Positions 23,059 through 33,542 of a stretch of 64,000 nucleotides of DNA are shown in pieces (positions within the stretch are counted from its first letter, which is position 1; the number at the start of each line of letters is the position of its first letter). The notes under the pieces are model-generated. The model did not search any database and was not told the origin of the DNA. It was given only the letters and a program-made list of their open reading frames with translations. Both the position numbers and the translations under genes were made by a program. Source of the DNA: an uncultured bacterium (lineage in GTDB: Bacteria; Bacillota; Clostridia; Oscillospirales; CAG-272); contig CASDOQ010000025.1 of NCBI GenBank assembly GCA_949282345.1, positions 86,894-150,893 of the forward strand, written 5' to 3'.

Positions 23059-24132
23059 ATGAAAATCAGAGAAAACTATAAATACGCTCTCGTGGTCCCC
23101 ACCAGCATGGGCGTCCGTATCTGCCCGCCCGACGGCCAGCCGGTCTACTCTTCCGAGCTCTTCCGTATGCAGGTAACGAGCGCGGAGACCAACGTGGCCA
23201 GCATTTCTTCCTACCTCGGCCTCCCCGTGCACGTTCTGACGACCTTTGTCAAGGACAGCCCGATCGCCAAAATGATCAAAAACAATCTCCGCCAGCGCGG
23301 CATGACCTATGAGGGTGCCGAGGTGGAACAGGGCGGCCCGTGGGGCTACCGCCACCAGTTCAACATTGCGGACAGCGGATACGGCGCACGCGGACCCCGC
23401 GTACAGAACGACCGTGCCGGCGAAGTCGGCCGGACGCTGAACGTCAAGGATTTTGACCTGGATCGCCTCTTCGGTGAAGAGGGCGTTGCCGTTCTGCACC
23501 TCTCGGGTCTTATCGGTGCTCTCTCCCCTGAAACCAGTAAGTTCTGCCTGGAACTCGCCCGCGCCGCCAAAAAGCACGGCACGCTGATCTCCTTCGACTT
23601 AAACTACCGCGCCTCCTTCTGGAAGGGCCGCGAACAGGAACTGCATGACATCTTTACCGAGATCGCCTCTGTTTCCGATATCCTGGTCGGGAACGAAGAG
23701 GACTTCCAGCTCTGCCTCGGACTCGAAGGGCCCGAAGCGGGCGGCAAAGATCTCGCCTCCAAGATCGACAGCTTCAAAGCGATGATCCGCACGGCCAAGG
23801 CACAGTATCCGAACGTCTCTGTCTTCGCTACGACCCTGCGTCAGGTCATCAACGTCAACCGTCACCTGTGGGGTGCCATCATGCTGAACGGTGACGAATG
23901 GCACGTTGCCGAGCCCCGTGAGATCACGGTCCTTGACCGTATCGGCGGCGGCGACGGATTTGTGGGCGGTCTGATCTACGCCATCATCAAGGGCTGGGAT
24001 GCCGAGAAGCAGCTCCAGTTCGGATGGGCGAGCGGCGCGCTGGCCACGACCTTCCTCACCGACTACGCACAGCCCGCAGACGAAGATCAGATCTTCAGCA
24101 TCTGGGGCGGAAACGCCCGCGTCAAGCGGTAA
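23059..24132 (+). CDS. PfkB-family sugar-acid kinase (KdgK-like)
   Basis: SFDLNYRASFW, GNEEDFQ, DRIGGGDGF. Confidence 0.85.
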   Translation: MKIRENYKYALVVPTSMGVRICPPDGQPVYSSELFRMQVTSAETNVASISSYLGLPVHVLTTFVKDSPIAKMIKNNLRQRGMTYEGAEVEQGGPWGYRHQFNIADSGYGARGPRVQNDRAGEVGRTLNVKDFDLDRLFGEEGVAVLHLSGLIGALSPETSKFCLELARAAKKHGTLISFDLNYRASFWKGREQELHDIFTEIASVSDILVGNEEDFQLCLGLEGPEAGGKDLASKIDSFKAMIRTAKAQYPNVSVFATTLRQVINVNRHLWGAIMLNGDEWHVAEPREITVLDRIGGGDGFVGGLIYAIIKGWDAEKQLQFGWASGALATTFLTDYAQPADEDQIFSIWGGNARVKR

Positions 24133-24138
24133 AAGAAC

Positions 24139-24171
24139 AAAGGGCCCGGAGACAAGATCTCCGGGTCTTTT
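24139..24171. terminator. intrinsic terminator
   Basis: AAAGGGCCCGGAGA...TCTCCGGGTCTTTT. Confidence 0.7.
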
Positions 24172-24271
24172 GCTTTTTCGGTTTTTTCCTTCTCATATAT
24201 CGGCCGGTCTTTCGTGTCGAAAGCGAGGGAAAGCGAGATAAAACTGTGGAAAGACGATCCCGATGAAAGCT

Positions 24272-25246
24272 TTATTTTTTCGGTGATACGAGCGTAAAGT
24301 TCTTTCCGTCTCCCCGGAAAACGATCGTGCCGGAAAGATCGGTACGGAGGATCTCGACTTCCGCCTTTTGCAGGGAGGCCAAGGTCTCGGCGCAGGGATG
24401 ACCGTATTTGTTCCCCGCCCCGACCGATATGACCGCATAATCCGGGTGGACCCGGGAAAGAAAGGTCTGCCCGGTGGAAGTGTCGGAGCCGTGATGCCCG
24501 ACCTTCAGGATATCGGCGCGTAGCGCTGCGGGCGAGCAGGCCGCCAGCATTTCATTCTCGGATATTGTTTCCGCATCCCCGGTCATGAGGACGCGATTTT
24601 CACCGAAAACAAGGCGAAAAACGATACTGTAATTATTGGTATTGGAGTACTTTTCGGAATTCGGGGCAAGAAGTTCCATACGGAGCGAACCGGCTGTCAG
24701 GGTCATCCCTGCTTTTCCTTGTATGACGTCCACGTCCCGCTCTTCCAGTGCCGCTACGGTATTGGTAAAGATCTGCGTACTTTTCGCCACGTCCGGCATC
24801 AGGCAATGCGTGACGGTAAAAGCGCGGATAATATCGGGGGCGCCGCCGATATGGTCGGCATCCGGATGCGTGAGGAAAAGATAATCGATCTTTTCGATAT
24901 TCAGATCTTGCAAATATGTAATGATGCTTTGCGTGACGGATTTCTTGATATCGCCCGTATCCACCAGAATGACGGCGTCCGCCGTCCGGATGAGAGTAGA
25001 GTCCCCCTGACCCACGTCCAGAAAGTGGATCTCCACTTCCCCGTCCGGGGATTCCTCGGCTTGGGTCGTCGAAACCGTCGTTTCTACCGGGGAGGGCACA
25101 GTCGTTTCCAAAGAGGTCGGCACGGTCGTTTTCGCCGTTGTGCCTATGCCGGGGATGAGTTGACAGGAAGTCAGACTCGTCAATAAAAGAAGCAGGACGA
25201 GAATGAGCGCCGGGAAACGGCTTTTTGCAAATCGTTTTGAATTCAT
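24272..25246 (-). CDS. ComEC/Rec2-type MBL-fold hydrolase lipoprotein
   Basis: Lipobox LTSC, Thr-rich linker, FLDVGQGD, THPDADHIGG, KVGHHGS. Confidence 0.87.
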   Translation of the reverse strand: MNSKRFAKSRFPALILVLLLLLTSLTSCQLIPGIGTTAKTTVPTSLETTVPSPVETTVSTTQAEESPDGEVEIHFLDVGQGDSTLIRTADAVILVDTGDIKKSVTQSIITYLQDLNIEKIDYLFLTHPDADHIGGAPDIIRAFTVTHCLMPDVAKSTQIFTNTVAALEERDVDVIQGKAGMTLTAGSLRMELLAPNSEKYSNTNNYSIVFRLVFGENRVLMTGDAETISENEMLAACSPAALRADILKVGHHGSDTSTGQTFLSRVHPDYAVISVGAGNKYGHPCAETLASLQKAEVEILRTDLSGTIVFRGDGKNFTLVSPKK

Positions 25247-25845
25247 GAGAGATATCTCCTTCCTTCCAGTGCGCGGTTGAGCGTCACTTCATCGGTATAT
25301 TCAAGATTCCCGCCGACCGGGATGCCGTATGCCAGCCGTGCGACCTTGACCGAATAGGGCGCAAGGATCCGGCAAAGGTACATCGCAGTCGCCTCGCCCT
25401 CTACGTCGGGGTCGGTCGCCACGATGACTTCCCGCACGTCCCCCGCGGCCACCCGTTCACGCAATCCGGCAATCCGGAGAGAGTCGGGCGTTATGCCGTT
25501 CATCGGAGACAACGCGCCGCCGAGAACGTGATAAAGCCCCCGGTATTCGCGCACCCGCTCGAACGCAAGAACGTCACGCGCCTGCTCCACTACGCAAATG
25601 ACGCCGCGGTCACGGTCGGGATCGGCGCAAACGGGGCAGATCTCCCCGGTCGTATAATTGCCGCAGACACGGCAGGGGCGTATTTTCCGCTTGGCATCCA
25701 GGATCGCCTCGGAGAAAGCGGTCGCTTCCTCATCGCTGAACGAAAGGACCGAAAAGGCCATCCGCACAGCACTCTTTCCGCCGATGCCGGGAATATGGCG
25801 GAACATTTCAATCAGCCGCTGTAACGGCTCCGCGTATTCCTGCAT
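25243..25845 (-). CDS. recR: recombination mediator RecR
   Basis: PGIGGKSA HhH, C4 zinc finger, YHVLGG Toprim, EGEATA. Confidence 0.96.
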   Translation of the reverse strand: MQEYAEPLQRLIEMFRHIPGIGGKSAVRMAFSVLSFSDEEATAFSEAILDAKRKIRPCRVCGNYTTGEICPVCADPDRDRGVICVVEQARDVLAFERVREYRGLYHVLGGALSPMNGITPDSLRIAGLRERVAAGDVREVIVATDPDVEGEATAMYLCRILAPYSVKVARLAYGIPVGGNLEYTDEVTLNRALEGRRYLS

Positions 25846-25846
25846 T

Positions 25847-26206
25847 TCAGAAAAGTCCCGGGATTCCAGACATTCCGGGCATGCCCGGCAGATTCATCTG
25901 CCCGGTGATCTTGCCCATCTCGGCTTCCGCCGTCTCGTCTACGGTGTGGATGGCCTGGTTGACGGCCGCCATGACGATATCGCTGAGCGTTTCGATGTCC
26001 TCGGGATCAACGATCTCCGGCGCGATGTCAAGAGAAAGGATCTCACGCTTTCCGTTGATCTTCACCGTGACGGCGCCGCCGCCCGCCGCGGCGGTATACT
26101 CCGCCGCCTCAAGTTCTGCCTGTTTGGCCTGCATATCCTCCTGCATTTTCTGTGCCTGCTTCAGCATATCGGCCATGCCGCCGTTGTTGGGGATTCTGAC
26201 TTTCAT
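25847..26206 (-). CDS. ybaB: YbaB/EbfC nucleoid-associated protein
   Basis: MLKQAQKMQ, GGGAV, DPEDIETLSD; located between dnaX and recR. Confidence 0.93.
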   Translation of the reverse strand: MKVRIPNNGGMADMLKQAQKMQEDMQAKQAELEAAEYTAAAGGGAVTVKINGKREILSLDIAPEIVDPEDIETLSDIVMAAVNQAIHTVDETAEAEMGKITGQMNLPGMPGMSGIPGLF

Positions 26207-26223
26207 GTTAAGTCTCCTTTACA

Positions 26224-27885
26224 TTATTTCTGTTCCAGAGCTTCCGTAAGCTCATCAATCACAGTGTGGGAAGAGGAAGAATTTTCGGCTTCCAACAAAA
26301 TTTCGCGAACAGGAGTTCCCGCCGCTGCCAGAGAAGCCGCCAAGGAAGCGCGGTTTGCCTCGGTATTGAGAAGCGTTACATAAAACGGACTGGCAAGGCG
26401 AAGAAGGAACCGCCCGTCGCCCGAAAGATATCCGTGCGCTCCGCGCAGAAGCCCGGCAAGGCTTCCCTGCGAACGGACAATATCTTCCGCGATCTCCCGG
26501 AAACCGCCGTAGGGCCGGAAACTGGAAGGGTCATCGGCCGAGGCAGGTTTCTTTTCAGCCGCAGGATCCGGCTTCTTTTCTTCGGGGCCGAGGATCTCCT
26601 CGGTGCCGGATCTTTTGACCGTGGGATCTTTTTCCGGCGCGGAAGACGTGGGAGCTTCGGCAGTATTTCCGGCCGGCGATGTGCCGGCAACCGTCCCGGA
26701 CGGCGCGGAAGGCGTCAGGGGCACCACTCCCGCCGTGAGGGCAGCAACTTTTTTCTCAAGTTCCGAAATCCGCAACAAAAGACTCTCTTCCCCGCCTGAC
26801 AAGACCGGGTCGCACAGGCGCGTAAGAGTGAGTTCGGCAGTCGCGCGGCGCGAAAGGCCGGTACGTTGCATCCGGCCGAGCGCATCCTCCAGAAGCCGGA
26901 CATGATAGACCATCGTCTCCATGGAAAACCCTTCGGAAAGCGTGCGGATGCGTTCTGTCTCCGCATCGGTCAGATCGAGATATTCCACCGCGTTCTTAGC
27001 AGTTCGATAGACCATCATATCCCGGTAACAGTCGATCAGATCCTGCCAAAAGACCGTAACATCCCGGGAAGACATGACCAGTTCGTGGATCTTCCGGTAC
27101 AGGGCGGCATAATCACGCGCCCGGATCGCCTCGATCACCGCATAAACGCTTTCGGTGTCGCCGGCGCCGCAGGTCGCGGCGACCAGTTTTTCATCGATCT
27201 TTTCTTTTCTCCCGGCGCAAAGTTCCAACAGGCTGATCGCGTCCCGCATCCCCCCCAGCGCAAGGCGTGCGAGAAGCCGGGCGCCGTCCTCGGTGAGGTC
27301 TATCCCCTCATGCTCGGAGATGTACAGAAGGCGGCGTGCCAGTACGGCTCCGGAAATACGGTGAAAATCGAAGCGCTGACAACGCGAGACGATCGTACTC
27401 GGAAGTTTATGCAGCTCGGTCGTTGCTAGGATGAAAATGACGTGGGCAGGCGGTTCCTCCAGGGTTTTTAAGAGGGCATTGAACGCGCCGCCGCTCATCA
27501 TATGCACCTCGTCAATGATATAGACGCGGTATCGGAGCGCCGCCGGCGTGAAAACGATCTCATCCCGGATGTCACGCACGTCGTTCACGCCGGTGTTGCT
27601 CGCCGCATCCATTTCAATCACGTCCGTGGCGCGCCCCTCGTCGATCGAGCGGCAGGCCTCGCATTCGTTACAGGGATTCCCGTCCTTGGGATGCAGGCAG
27701 TTCACCGCCTTGGCAAGGATCTTGGCGCTACTCGTCTTTCCCGTCCCACGGGAGCCGCAAAAAAGATACGCATGGCTCACCTTGCCCGATGCCACTTCGT
27801 ATTTCAATATGCCGGTGACGTGATCCTGCCCCCAGACGTCGTCAAAGTCCTGCGGGCGCCATTTCCGATAAAGCGCACGGTACAT
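26224..27885 (-). CDS. dnaX: DNA polymerase III subunit gamma/tau
   Basis: ALYRKWRP, GSRGTGKT, EMDAAS, IIDEVHM, SRC; RBS GGAGG. Confidence 0.96.
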   Translation of the reverse strand: MYRALYRKWRPQDFDDVWGQDHVTGILKYEVASGKVSHAYLFCGSRGTGKTSSAKILAKAVNCLHPKDGNPCNECEACRSIDEGRATDVIEMDAASNTGVNDVRDIRDEIVFTPAALRYRVYIIDEVHMMSGGAFNALLKTLEEPPAHVIFILATTELHKLPSTIVSRCQRFDFHRISGAVLARRLLYISEHEGIDLTEDGARLLARLALGGMRDAISLLELCAGRKEKIDEKLVAATCGAGDTESVYAVIEAIRARDYAALYRKIHELVMSSRDVTVFWQDLIDCYRDMMVYRTAKNAVEYLDLTDAETERIRTLSEGFSMETMVYHVRLLEDALGRMQRTGLSRRATAELTLTRLCDPVLSGGEESLLLRISELEKKVAALTAGVVPLTPSAPSGTVAGTSPAGNTAEAPTSSAPEKDPTVKRSGTEEILGPEEKKPDPAAEKKPASADDPSSFRPYGGFREIAEDIVRSQGSLAGLLRGAHGYLSGDGRFLLRLASPFYVTLLNTEANRASLAASLAAAGTPVREILLEAENSSSSHTVIDELTEALEQK

Positions 27886-27982
27886 ATAGGGAACCTCCAA
27901 AAACTAAAAAGAAAGGGGGCGCCCGCCTGGGGCATCCCCTCGGCACAAGCCCCCGGCTCGCCGGTTTCCAAAGCCCGGATAA

Positions 27983-28256
27983 GACCATACACCGTAAATT
28001 CGAACTACCTCCCACACACGGGAGCCGTACCGCCCACTCCGGACAGGTTGCCTCGCGGCACACCGGGTTTGCCGCTTAATGCTGCTTGGTCTCCCACCTG
28101 ACATGGTTCACAGCACCCGATTGCGCAAGACCCATCCTTCATCGCAAGCCGCATACGGCGCAGACTGCACGGAAGGCGCCCTCCTCTACGGAAATCACCC
28201 CTGCTATAGCGGATTTCAGGTACAAGGCACCGCTACCGCCCCGGCCAGTATGGTCC
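27983..28256 (-). ncRNA. ffs: large bacterial SRP RNA (scRNA)
   Basis: Alu-like 5' part GGGGCGGTAGCGGTGCCTTGTACCTG; helix-8 core AACCATGTCAGGT-GG-GAGA-CC-AAGCAGCATTAAG; upstream of dnaX; ends approximate. Confidence 0.9.
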
Positions 28257-28341
28257 TATCCGGCCTTTGGAAACTTACAGAATACAGTATAACAGAAAAA
28301 ATGCTTTTATGCAAGAGATCGCACAAGATTTTTCAAATATT

Positions 28342-29058
28342 TCACAAAAGAAACCCGCCGTCTACCGAAAGCGTCTGCCCGGTGATAAAGGAAGCCTCCT
28401 CCCCGGCCAGAAAGAGCATGGCGGCCGCAACGTCCCCGGGAGTGCCGAGACGGCAGAGCGGCGTTTCATTTGTAAGTTCCTCTAAAGTATCGGCAGACAG
28501 AGCGGCGTTCATGGCCGTATCAATCACGCCGGGGGCGATGCTGTTGACCGTAATGCCGGAGGGACCGACCTCCTTGGCCAGCGCGCGCGTCATCCCGATG
28601 AGAGCCGCTTTGGAAGCAGAATAATGCACCTCGCAGGAGGCACCGCTCACCCCCCACATGGAGGAAATATTGATGATGCGCCCCCACTGCTTCCTGATCA
28701 TGGCGGGAAGAAGCGCGCGGGCATAGTAAAACGGGCCGTTGACGTTCACGGCAAAGGTCGACGCCCACTCTTCATCGGTCAATTCCGTGAAGAGCGAAAA
28801 AGAGGAAACGGCCGCATTGTTGACGAGGATATCCACCTCGCCGATCTCGGCCCGTACCCGTCGGCAGGCCTCGGCCACCTCGCTCGAAGAAGCGGAATCC
28901 GCCCGTACCGGGAAAGCGCCGACCGAACGGGCAAGTTCTTCCGCTTCGTTTTGCGCGTTCCGATAGGTGAAGGCCACGCAATATCCCGCAGAAGCAAAAC
29001 GGCGCACCGCCTCTGCCCCGATACCGCGGGAACCTCCGTTGATCAGTACTTTTTTCAT
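28342..29058 (-). CDS. SDR oxidoreductase (FabG-like; resembles YmfI)
   Basis: GGSRGIG, NNAA, ISSMWGVSGASCEVHYSASK. Confidence 0.88.
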   Translation of the reverse strand: MKKVLINGGSRGIGAEAVRRFASAGYCVAFTYRNAQNEAEELARSVGAFPVRADSASSSEVAEACRRVRAEIGEVDILVNNAAVSSFSLFTELTDEEWASTFAVNVNGPFYYARALLPAMIRKQWGRIINISSMWGVSGASCEVHYSASKAALIGMTRALAKEVGPSGITVNSIAPGVIDTAMNAALSADTLEELTNETPLCRLGTPGDVAAAMLFLAGEEASFITGQTLSVDGGFLL

Positions 29059-29089
29059 TCTGTCATCCTCTCTTTCAAAAAGGCGAAAA

Positions 29090-29950
29090 TCAAATCGATC
29101 CGGCCGTACGCGCGGCGTTTTGCGGAGAGTCGCCGGCGCCGGGGCCGGTCTCTTCTTGCTTTCGGTAAGCCAATATAAAAAAGGAGGCCTCGGTCGTGAG
29201 CGAAGTCAGAGAAGCAAGCCGCTCCCGGCCGGCCGCCGGGGTACGGTAATAATACGGCGTCATCGAAAAGAGGTCGGCGATCGCCTCCTGCGTGGGAAGG
29301 CAGAGAGGAAAACGCACCTCTTCTTTTTGTAAAAGCCTGAATCCCGGCAAGGCTTCATCGGCTACGGGATTTTCGTACGGGGTATCGTAAAGAACCGACT
29401 TCATGGAAAAAAGGTGCCGGGGCCCCGGAACCGCAAGCAACAGGATCCCGTCAGAGCGAAGAATGCGGGCATATTCTTCGGTGGCCAGAGGGGCGAAAAT
29501 GCAGGAAACGAGCGCAGCAGATCGATCGGGATACGGAAGGCGGTAGACGCTGGAAACGGCAAATGCAGCATCCGGCAACCGGCGTGCCGCCAGGCGGAGC
29601 GCATCCTTCGATACGTCAAATCCGATGCAGCGTCCGAACAGGTGCGCCAGTGCCTCCGTATAATAACCTTCCCCGCACCCGGCATCGACATAGCTTCCCT
29701 TCGGATCGGAAAAAACGGCCGCCGTGCGGGCCAGCCCCTCGCGGAGCGGCGCATAATACCCGCCGGACAGGAAGCGGCGGCGCGCCGCAATCATCTCGCG
29801 ATTGTCCCCGTGGGCGGCCGAGGAACCCGTCAGCAGATTGACGTATCCGCGCGCGGAAATATCGAAGTTATGTCCGGCCGGGCAGGAAAAAGCCTTTTCG
29901 TTGCGTGCCAGCGGGGCGCGGCAGACCGGGCAGAGAAAATCGGATCGCAT
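29090..29950 (-). CDS. rlmA: 23S rRNA m1G methyltransferase, RlmA-like
   Basis: CPVC..C..H zinc finger, GYVNLL, ARRRFL, DAGCGEGYY, MTPYYY. Confidence 0.85.
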   Translation of the reverse strand: MRSDFLCPVCRAPLARNEKAFSCPAGHNFDISARGYVNLLTGSSAAHGDNREMIAARRRFLSGGYYAPLREGLARTAAVFSDPKGSYVDAGCGEGYYTEALAHLFGRCIGFDVSKDALRLAARRLPDAAFAVSSVYRLPYPDRSAALVSCIFAPLATEEYARILRSDGILLLAVPGPRHLFSMKSVLYDTPYENPVADEALPGFRLLQKEEVRFPLCLPTQEAIADLFSMTPYYYRTPAAGRERLASLTSLTTEASFFILAYRKQEETGPGAGDSPQNAARTAGSI

Positions 29951-30155
29951 AACATCTCCTTATAAAAATCCTCCCGGTGCGAGCCCGGAAAACAGCGGTT
30001 CTCCGGCAAAGATACACGGCCGGATTCATACACGAAAAGCGGGGTATGCTGATCGGGAGAAATTGTCGCAGGCAAGGCGCAAGGGCGCAGGGGGGCGACG
30101 GTGCAGTGATCTGCTCCGAGCCGACCGCGTCGCCCAGCAACGAAGTATGGGCAAT

Positions 30156-31229
30156 TTATACGATCAGCATCGCGTCCCCGAAGGAGAAGAAGCGATACCT
30201 TTCCCGCACCGCTTCCCGATAGGCGCGGAGGATATAGTCGCGCCCGGCAAGAGCGGAAACCAGCATGATGAGCGTGCTTTCCGGCAGATGGAAATTCGTG
30301 ATGAGGGCATCCACCGCGCGGAAACGGTAGCCGGGATAAATAAAGATCCCGGTCTCGCCGCTCATCGGATGAACGATGCCGTTTTCATCGGCCACACTTT
30401 CCAGTACTCGGCAGGCGGTCGTACCCACGGCGACCACACGGCCGCCGCTCTTCCGGCGTTCGTTGATCAGGTCAGCCGTCTTTTGCTCGATATGAAAATG
30501 CTCGGTGTGCATCAGGTGATCCTGAATTTTTTTCGCCTTTACCGGACGGAAGGTGCCGAGCCCCACATGAAGCGTCAATTCTGCGTACGCAGTGCCCGAA
30601 GCGCGTACCTTTTCGAGAAGTTCTGTGGTGAAATGCAACCCGGCCGTCGGAGCAGCGGCGGAACCGCGCTCCTTGGCATACACGGTCTGATAGCGTTCCT
30701 TATCTTCGAGTTTTTCCGTAATATAGGGCGGGAGCGGCATATTTCCGACAAGATCAAGCACCTCGTAGACCGAGGTATAGGCAGCGGGATACGAGAAACT
30801 GACCAGCCGGTTCCCATCCGGCAGGATCTCCGTGATCTCGGCGTGAAGAATACCGCCAAAGAGGAAAGAGGCCCCCTCCCTTGCCCGTTTCCCGGGGCGG
30901 ACCAGACACTCCCACCGGCCATTCTCCTGCATCCGAAGAAGCAAGAGTTCGATCGGTGAACCATTTTGGGAAAGACCGATCAGGCGGGCGGGGATCACAC
31001 GAGAGGAATTGACGACCAGCACATCCTCCGGCCGCAAATACTCACAGATGTCGTAAAAATGCCGGTGCGTGATTTCCCCGGTCTTACGGTCAAGCACCAT
31101 CAGGCGCGAGCCGTCCCGACGCGAGAGTGGGGTCTGCGCGATCAACTCTTCCGGCAAATCGTAATAAAAATCGTGCGTGACGAGATCCGTCGCGCAGCGT
31201 TCGTTCAGAATCACATGATTCTCTTCCAT
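30156..31229 (-). CDS. queA: SAM:tRNA ribosyltransferase-isomerase
   Basis: [41 protein letters not shown]. Confidence 0.96.
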   Translation of the reverse strand: MEENHVILNERCATDLVTHDFYYDLPEELIAQTPLSRRDGSRLMVLDRKTGEITHRHFYDICEYLRPEDVLVVNSSRVIPARLIGLSQNGSPIELLLLRMQENGRWECLVRPGKRAREGASFLFGGILHAEITEILPDGNRLVSFSYPAAYTSVYEVLDLVGNMPLPPYITEKLEDKERYQTVYAKERGSAAAPTAGLHFTTELLEKVRASGTAYAELTLHVGLGTFRPVKAKKIQDHLMHTEHFHIEQKTADLINERRKSGGRVVAVGTTACRVLESVADENGIVHPMSGETGIFIYPGYRFRAVDALITNFHLPESTLIMLVSALAGRDYILRAYREAVRERYRFFSFGDAMLIV

Positions 31230-31324
31230 AAAAGCACCTCGTTGACTTCGGCATATAATAACAGTAGCATTATAGTATATTTTTATTGGGAATGCAAGTC
31301 CTCCCGTCATCGTTGAGGTATATA

Positions 31325-32212
31325 ATGCAAAGAAATCACAAACTTCCGCCCTTCCGGGGCGTTGCAACAGCACTCATAACCCCCTTCCGACAGGGAAAGG
31401 TCGACCTGGAACGCTTCCGGGAACAGGTGGACTTTCAACTGCGCGGCGGCGTGGACGCCCTGGTCGTCTGCGGTACGACCGGGGAAACCCCTACTCTCCG
31501 CCCGCGCGAGCGCGACGCCCTTCTCAGCGCCGCCTGCGAGGAAGCAGACAAAACGTTGCCGGTCATCATGGGAACCGGCTCCAACGATACAAGAACCGCC
31601 GTAGCAGCCGCCAAACGCGCCGCCAGGCTGGGGGCGGACGCTTTATTGGCCGTCACACCGTACTACAACAAAGGAACCAAGAACGGAATCGTAGATCATT
31701 ACCTTCGGATAGCCGAATCGGTCGACCTCCCCCTCATCCTATATAACGTACCGGGACGGACGGGAGTCGATCTCAGCGTGGAGCAACTTACCCGCCTCGC
31801 AGAACATCCGAACGTCTGCGCCATCAAGGATGCCGGCGGCAATATAGAAAAAACAGCCGATCTCTGCGCATCGCTCGGGGAACGGCTGGCAATCTACAGT
31901 GGAAATGACAGTCAGATCGTCCCGATACTGTCGCTCGGGGGCATGGGGGTCATCTCGGTACTCTCCAACCTCCTGCCACAACTCACCTGCCGAATCTGCG
32001 AACGCTGGTTTGCCGGGGAAAGTGCGGAAAGTGCGTCGCTCCAACTCCGTCTTCTCGCCTTCATCCGCCTTCTCTTTGCGGACGTGAATCCGGCCCCCGT
32101 GAAAGCCGCCATGGCTATCATGGGACGAGACAGCGGCGAATTGCGTCTGCCGCTCTCGGAAATATCGGAAGATTTGAAAGCAAAACTTTACAAAGAATTA
32201 GAAAAGATCTGA
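31325..32212 (+). CDS. dapA: 4-hydroxy-tetrahydrodipicolinate synthase
   Basis: [29 protein letters not shown]. Confidence 0.93.
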   Translation: MQRNHKLPPFRGVATALITPFRQGKVDLERFREQVDFQLRGGVDALVVCGTTGETPTLRPRERDALLSAACEEADKTLPVIMGTGSNDTRTAVAAAKRAARLGADALLAVTPYYNKGTKNGIVDHYLRIAESVDLPLILYNVPGRTGVDLSVEQLTRLAEHPNVCAIKDAGGNIEKTADLCASLGERLAIYSGNDSQIVPILSLGGMGVISVLSNLLPQLTCRICERWFAGESAESASLQLRLLAFIRLLFADVNPAPVKAAMAIMGRDSGELRLPLSEISEDLKAKLYKELEKI

Positions 32213-32402
32213 AATATGCATATCTTTGCAGATCTCTCTCCAAGGGGATCTGCAAAGGAAGCAAAAGCGATACGAAGGTCGCGTCAAAAAGGAATCCGCA
32301 TATTAAGACCATAGCCGGAAAATAATTCTCCGGCTTTTTCTTGCATTTTTATAAAAAATGTGTATACTATAAACAAAAAACGCACGGGAAGTGAGCAGTT
32401 TC

Positions 32403-33422
32403 ATGTCATCGATCCACCGCTATTACCGCAACCTGTACATATCTCCTGCCAGGAGGGCGATCCGCGCACTCTTGCTTTTTATTCTGCTCTTCCTCATCAG
32501 CGGGGGGATCGCTTTCGGAATTCTCGGTTTTTCCGCTTCTTCTTTTTTTCGCAAGGCCGTGCGTGAGATCGAAATCCCGGGGCTTGAAGCCGGGCTCGTT
32601 CCGCAGGGGCTTACGTATTTGCCCGAGGAAGATCTCTATCTGATCTCCGGGTATCGGAGTGAGGACGGAGTCGCGCTTCTTGCCTATACCGCCCCGGATG
32701 GGACAAGACAGGGACTCGTTCCCCTTACCGGCGAAGACGGGATGCCGCTCGTTCTGCACAGCGGCGGCATTGCGGCGAGTGAGGATCGTTTATATGTCGC
32801 CGGATGCGACGGATATTGCTACGTGCTTGCGTATGGCGATTTCCCGCCGGAGGGGGACGCCGTTCTATCCGTCACGGGACGTTTCCCGGCCGGGAACCGG
32901 GCGGATTTCTGCTTTTTCTCGGACGGACATCTCTATATCGGAGAATTCTATCACCCCATCAAATTTCCGACCGATGAAGCCCACCACACCGGCACACCGG
33001 CCGGGGACAGGCATTACGCCCTTATGCTTGCCTACCCGGCGGATGCCGTAGCCGTCTACGGAATCCGAACAGAAGCGGATGCCGCCTATTCGATCCCCGG
33101 GCGGATCCAGGGCGGTTGCCGGGTGGGAGACACGATCGTGCTTTCTTCGTCCTCGTTTCTCGAACGCACGCATTTAGCATTTTTCAGCCTTGCAGCAGCA
33201 GAAGAAACAGCGGGAGAATACCGGGACGGCGAACGCGTACTTCCGCTCTACCATCTTGACAGCCAGAGCAGAAAAAGCACCTTGACTCTGCCGCCGATGT
33301 CCGAGGGCGTCTGCGCCCGGAACGGGCGGATCTTTGTAGTCTTTGAATCTGCCGCCGGGCGTTTTCTTTCCTTCGGCCGTCTGTTCGGCGGAGAGCATCT
33401 TTGGAGCCTTCCCATCGAATGA
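32403..33422 (+). CDS. membrane-anchored hypothetical protein (beta-propeller-like)
   Basis: N-terminal TM helix; repeated blades PQGL, HSGGI, IQG, SEG; start uncertain (32391 or 32403). Confidence 0.7.
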   Translation: MSSIHRYYRNLYISPARRAIRALLLFILLFLISGGIAFGILGFSASSFFRKAVREIEIPGLEAGLVPQGLTYLPEEDLYLISGYRSEDGVALLAYTAPDGTRQGLVPLTGEDGMPLVLHSGGIAASEDRLYVAGCDGYCYVLAYGDFPPEGDAVLSVTGRFPAGNRADFCFFSDGHLYIGEFYHPIKFPTDEAHHTGTPAGDRHYALMLAYPADAVAVYGIRTEADAAYSIPGRIQGGCRVGDTIVLSSSSFLERTHLAFFSLAAAEETAGEYRDGERVLPLYHLDSQSRKSTLTLPPMSEGVCARNGRIFVVFESAAGRFLSFGRLFGGEHLWSLPIE

Positions 33423-33466
33423 CATCCGGGCCCGTCCGCAACAGAACCGACACAGCAGGCCAAAAG

Positions 33467-33496
33467 AAAAAAGCGCGGAAAAATCCGCGCTTTTTT
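33467..33496. terminator. bidirectional intrinsic terminator
   Basis: AAAAAAGCGCGGA-AAAA-TCCGCGCTTTTTT. Confidence 0.8.
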
Positions 33497-33542
33497 CATG
33501 GGATGCAATATTCCAAAAAGGAAAAACGAAAAACGCCAATAT

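Noticed and set aside
26747-26757. dnaX A-run (GAG AAA AAA GTT) as a -1 frameshift site
   Set aside because: Phase differs from the canonical A AAA AAG; no clear stimulatory elements
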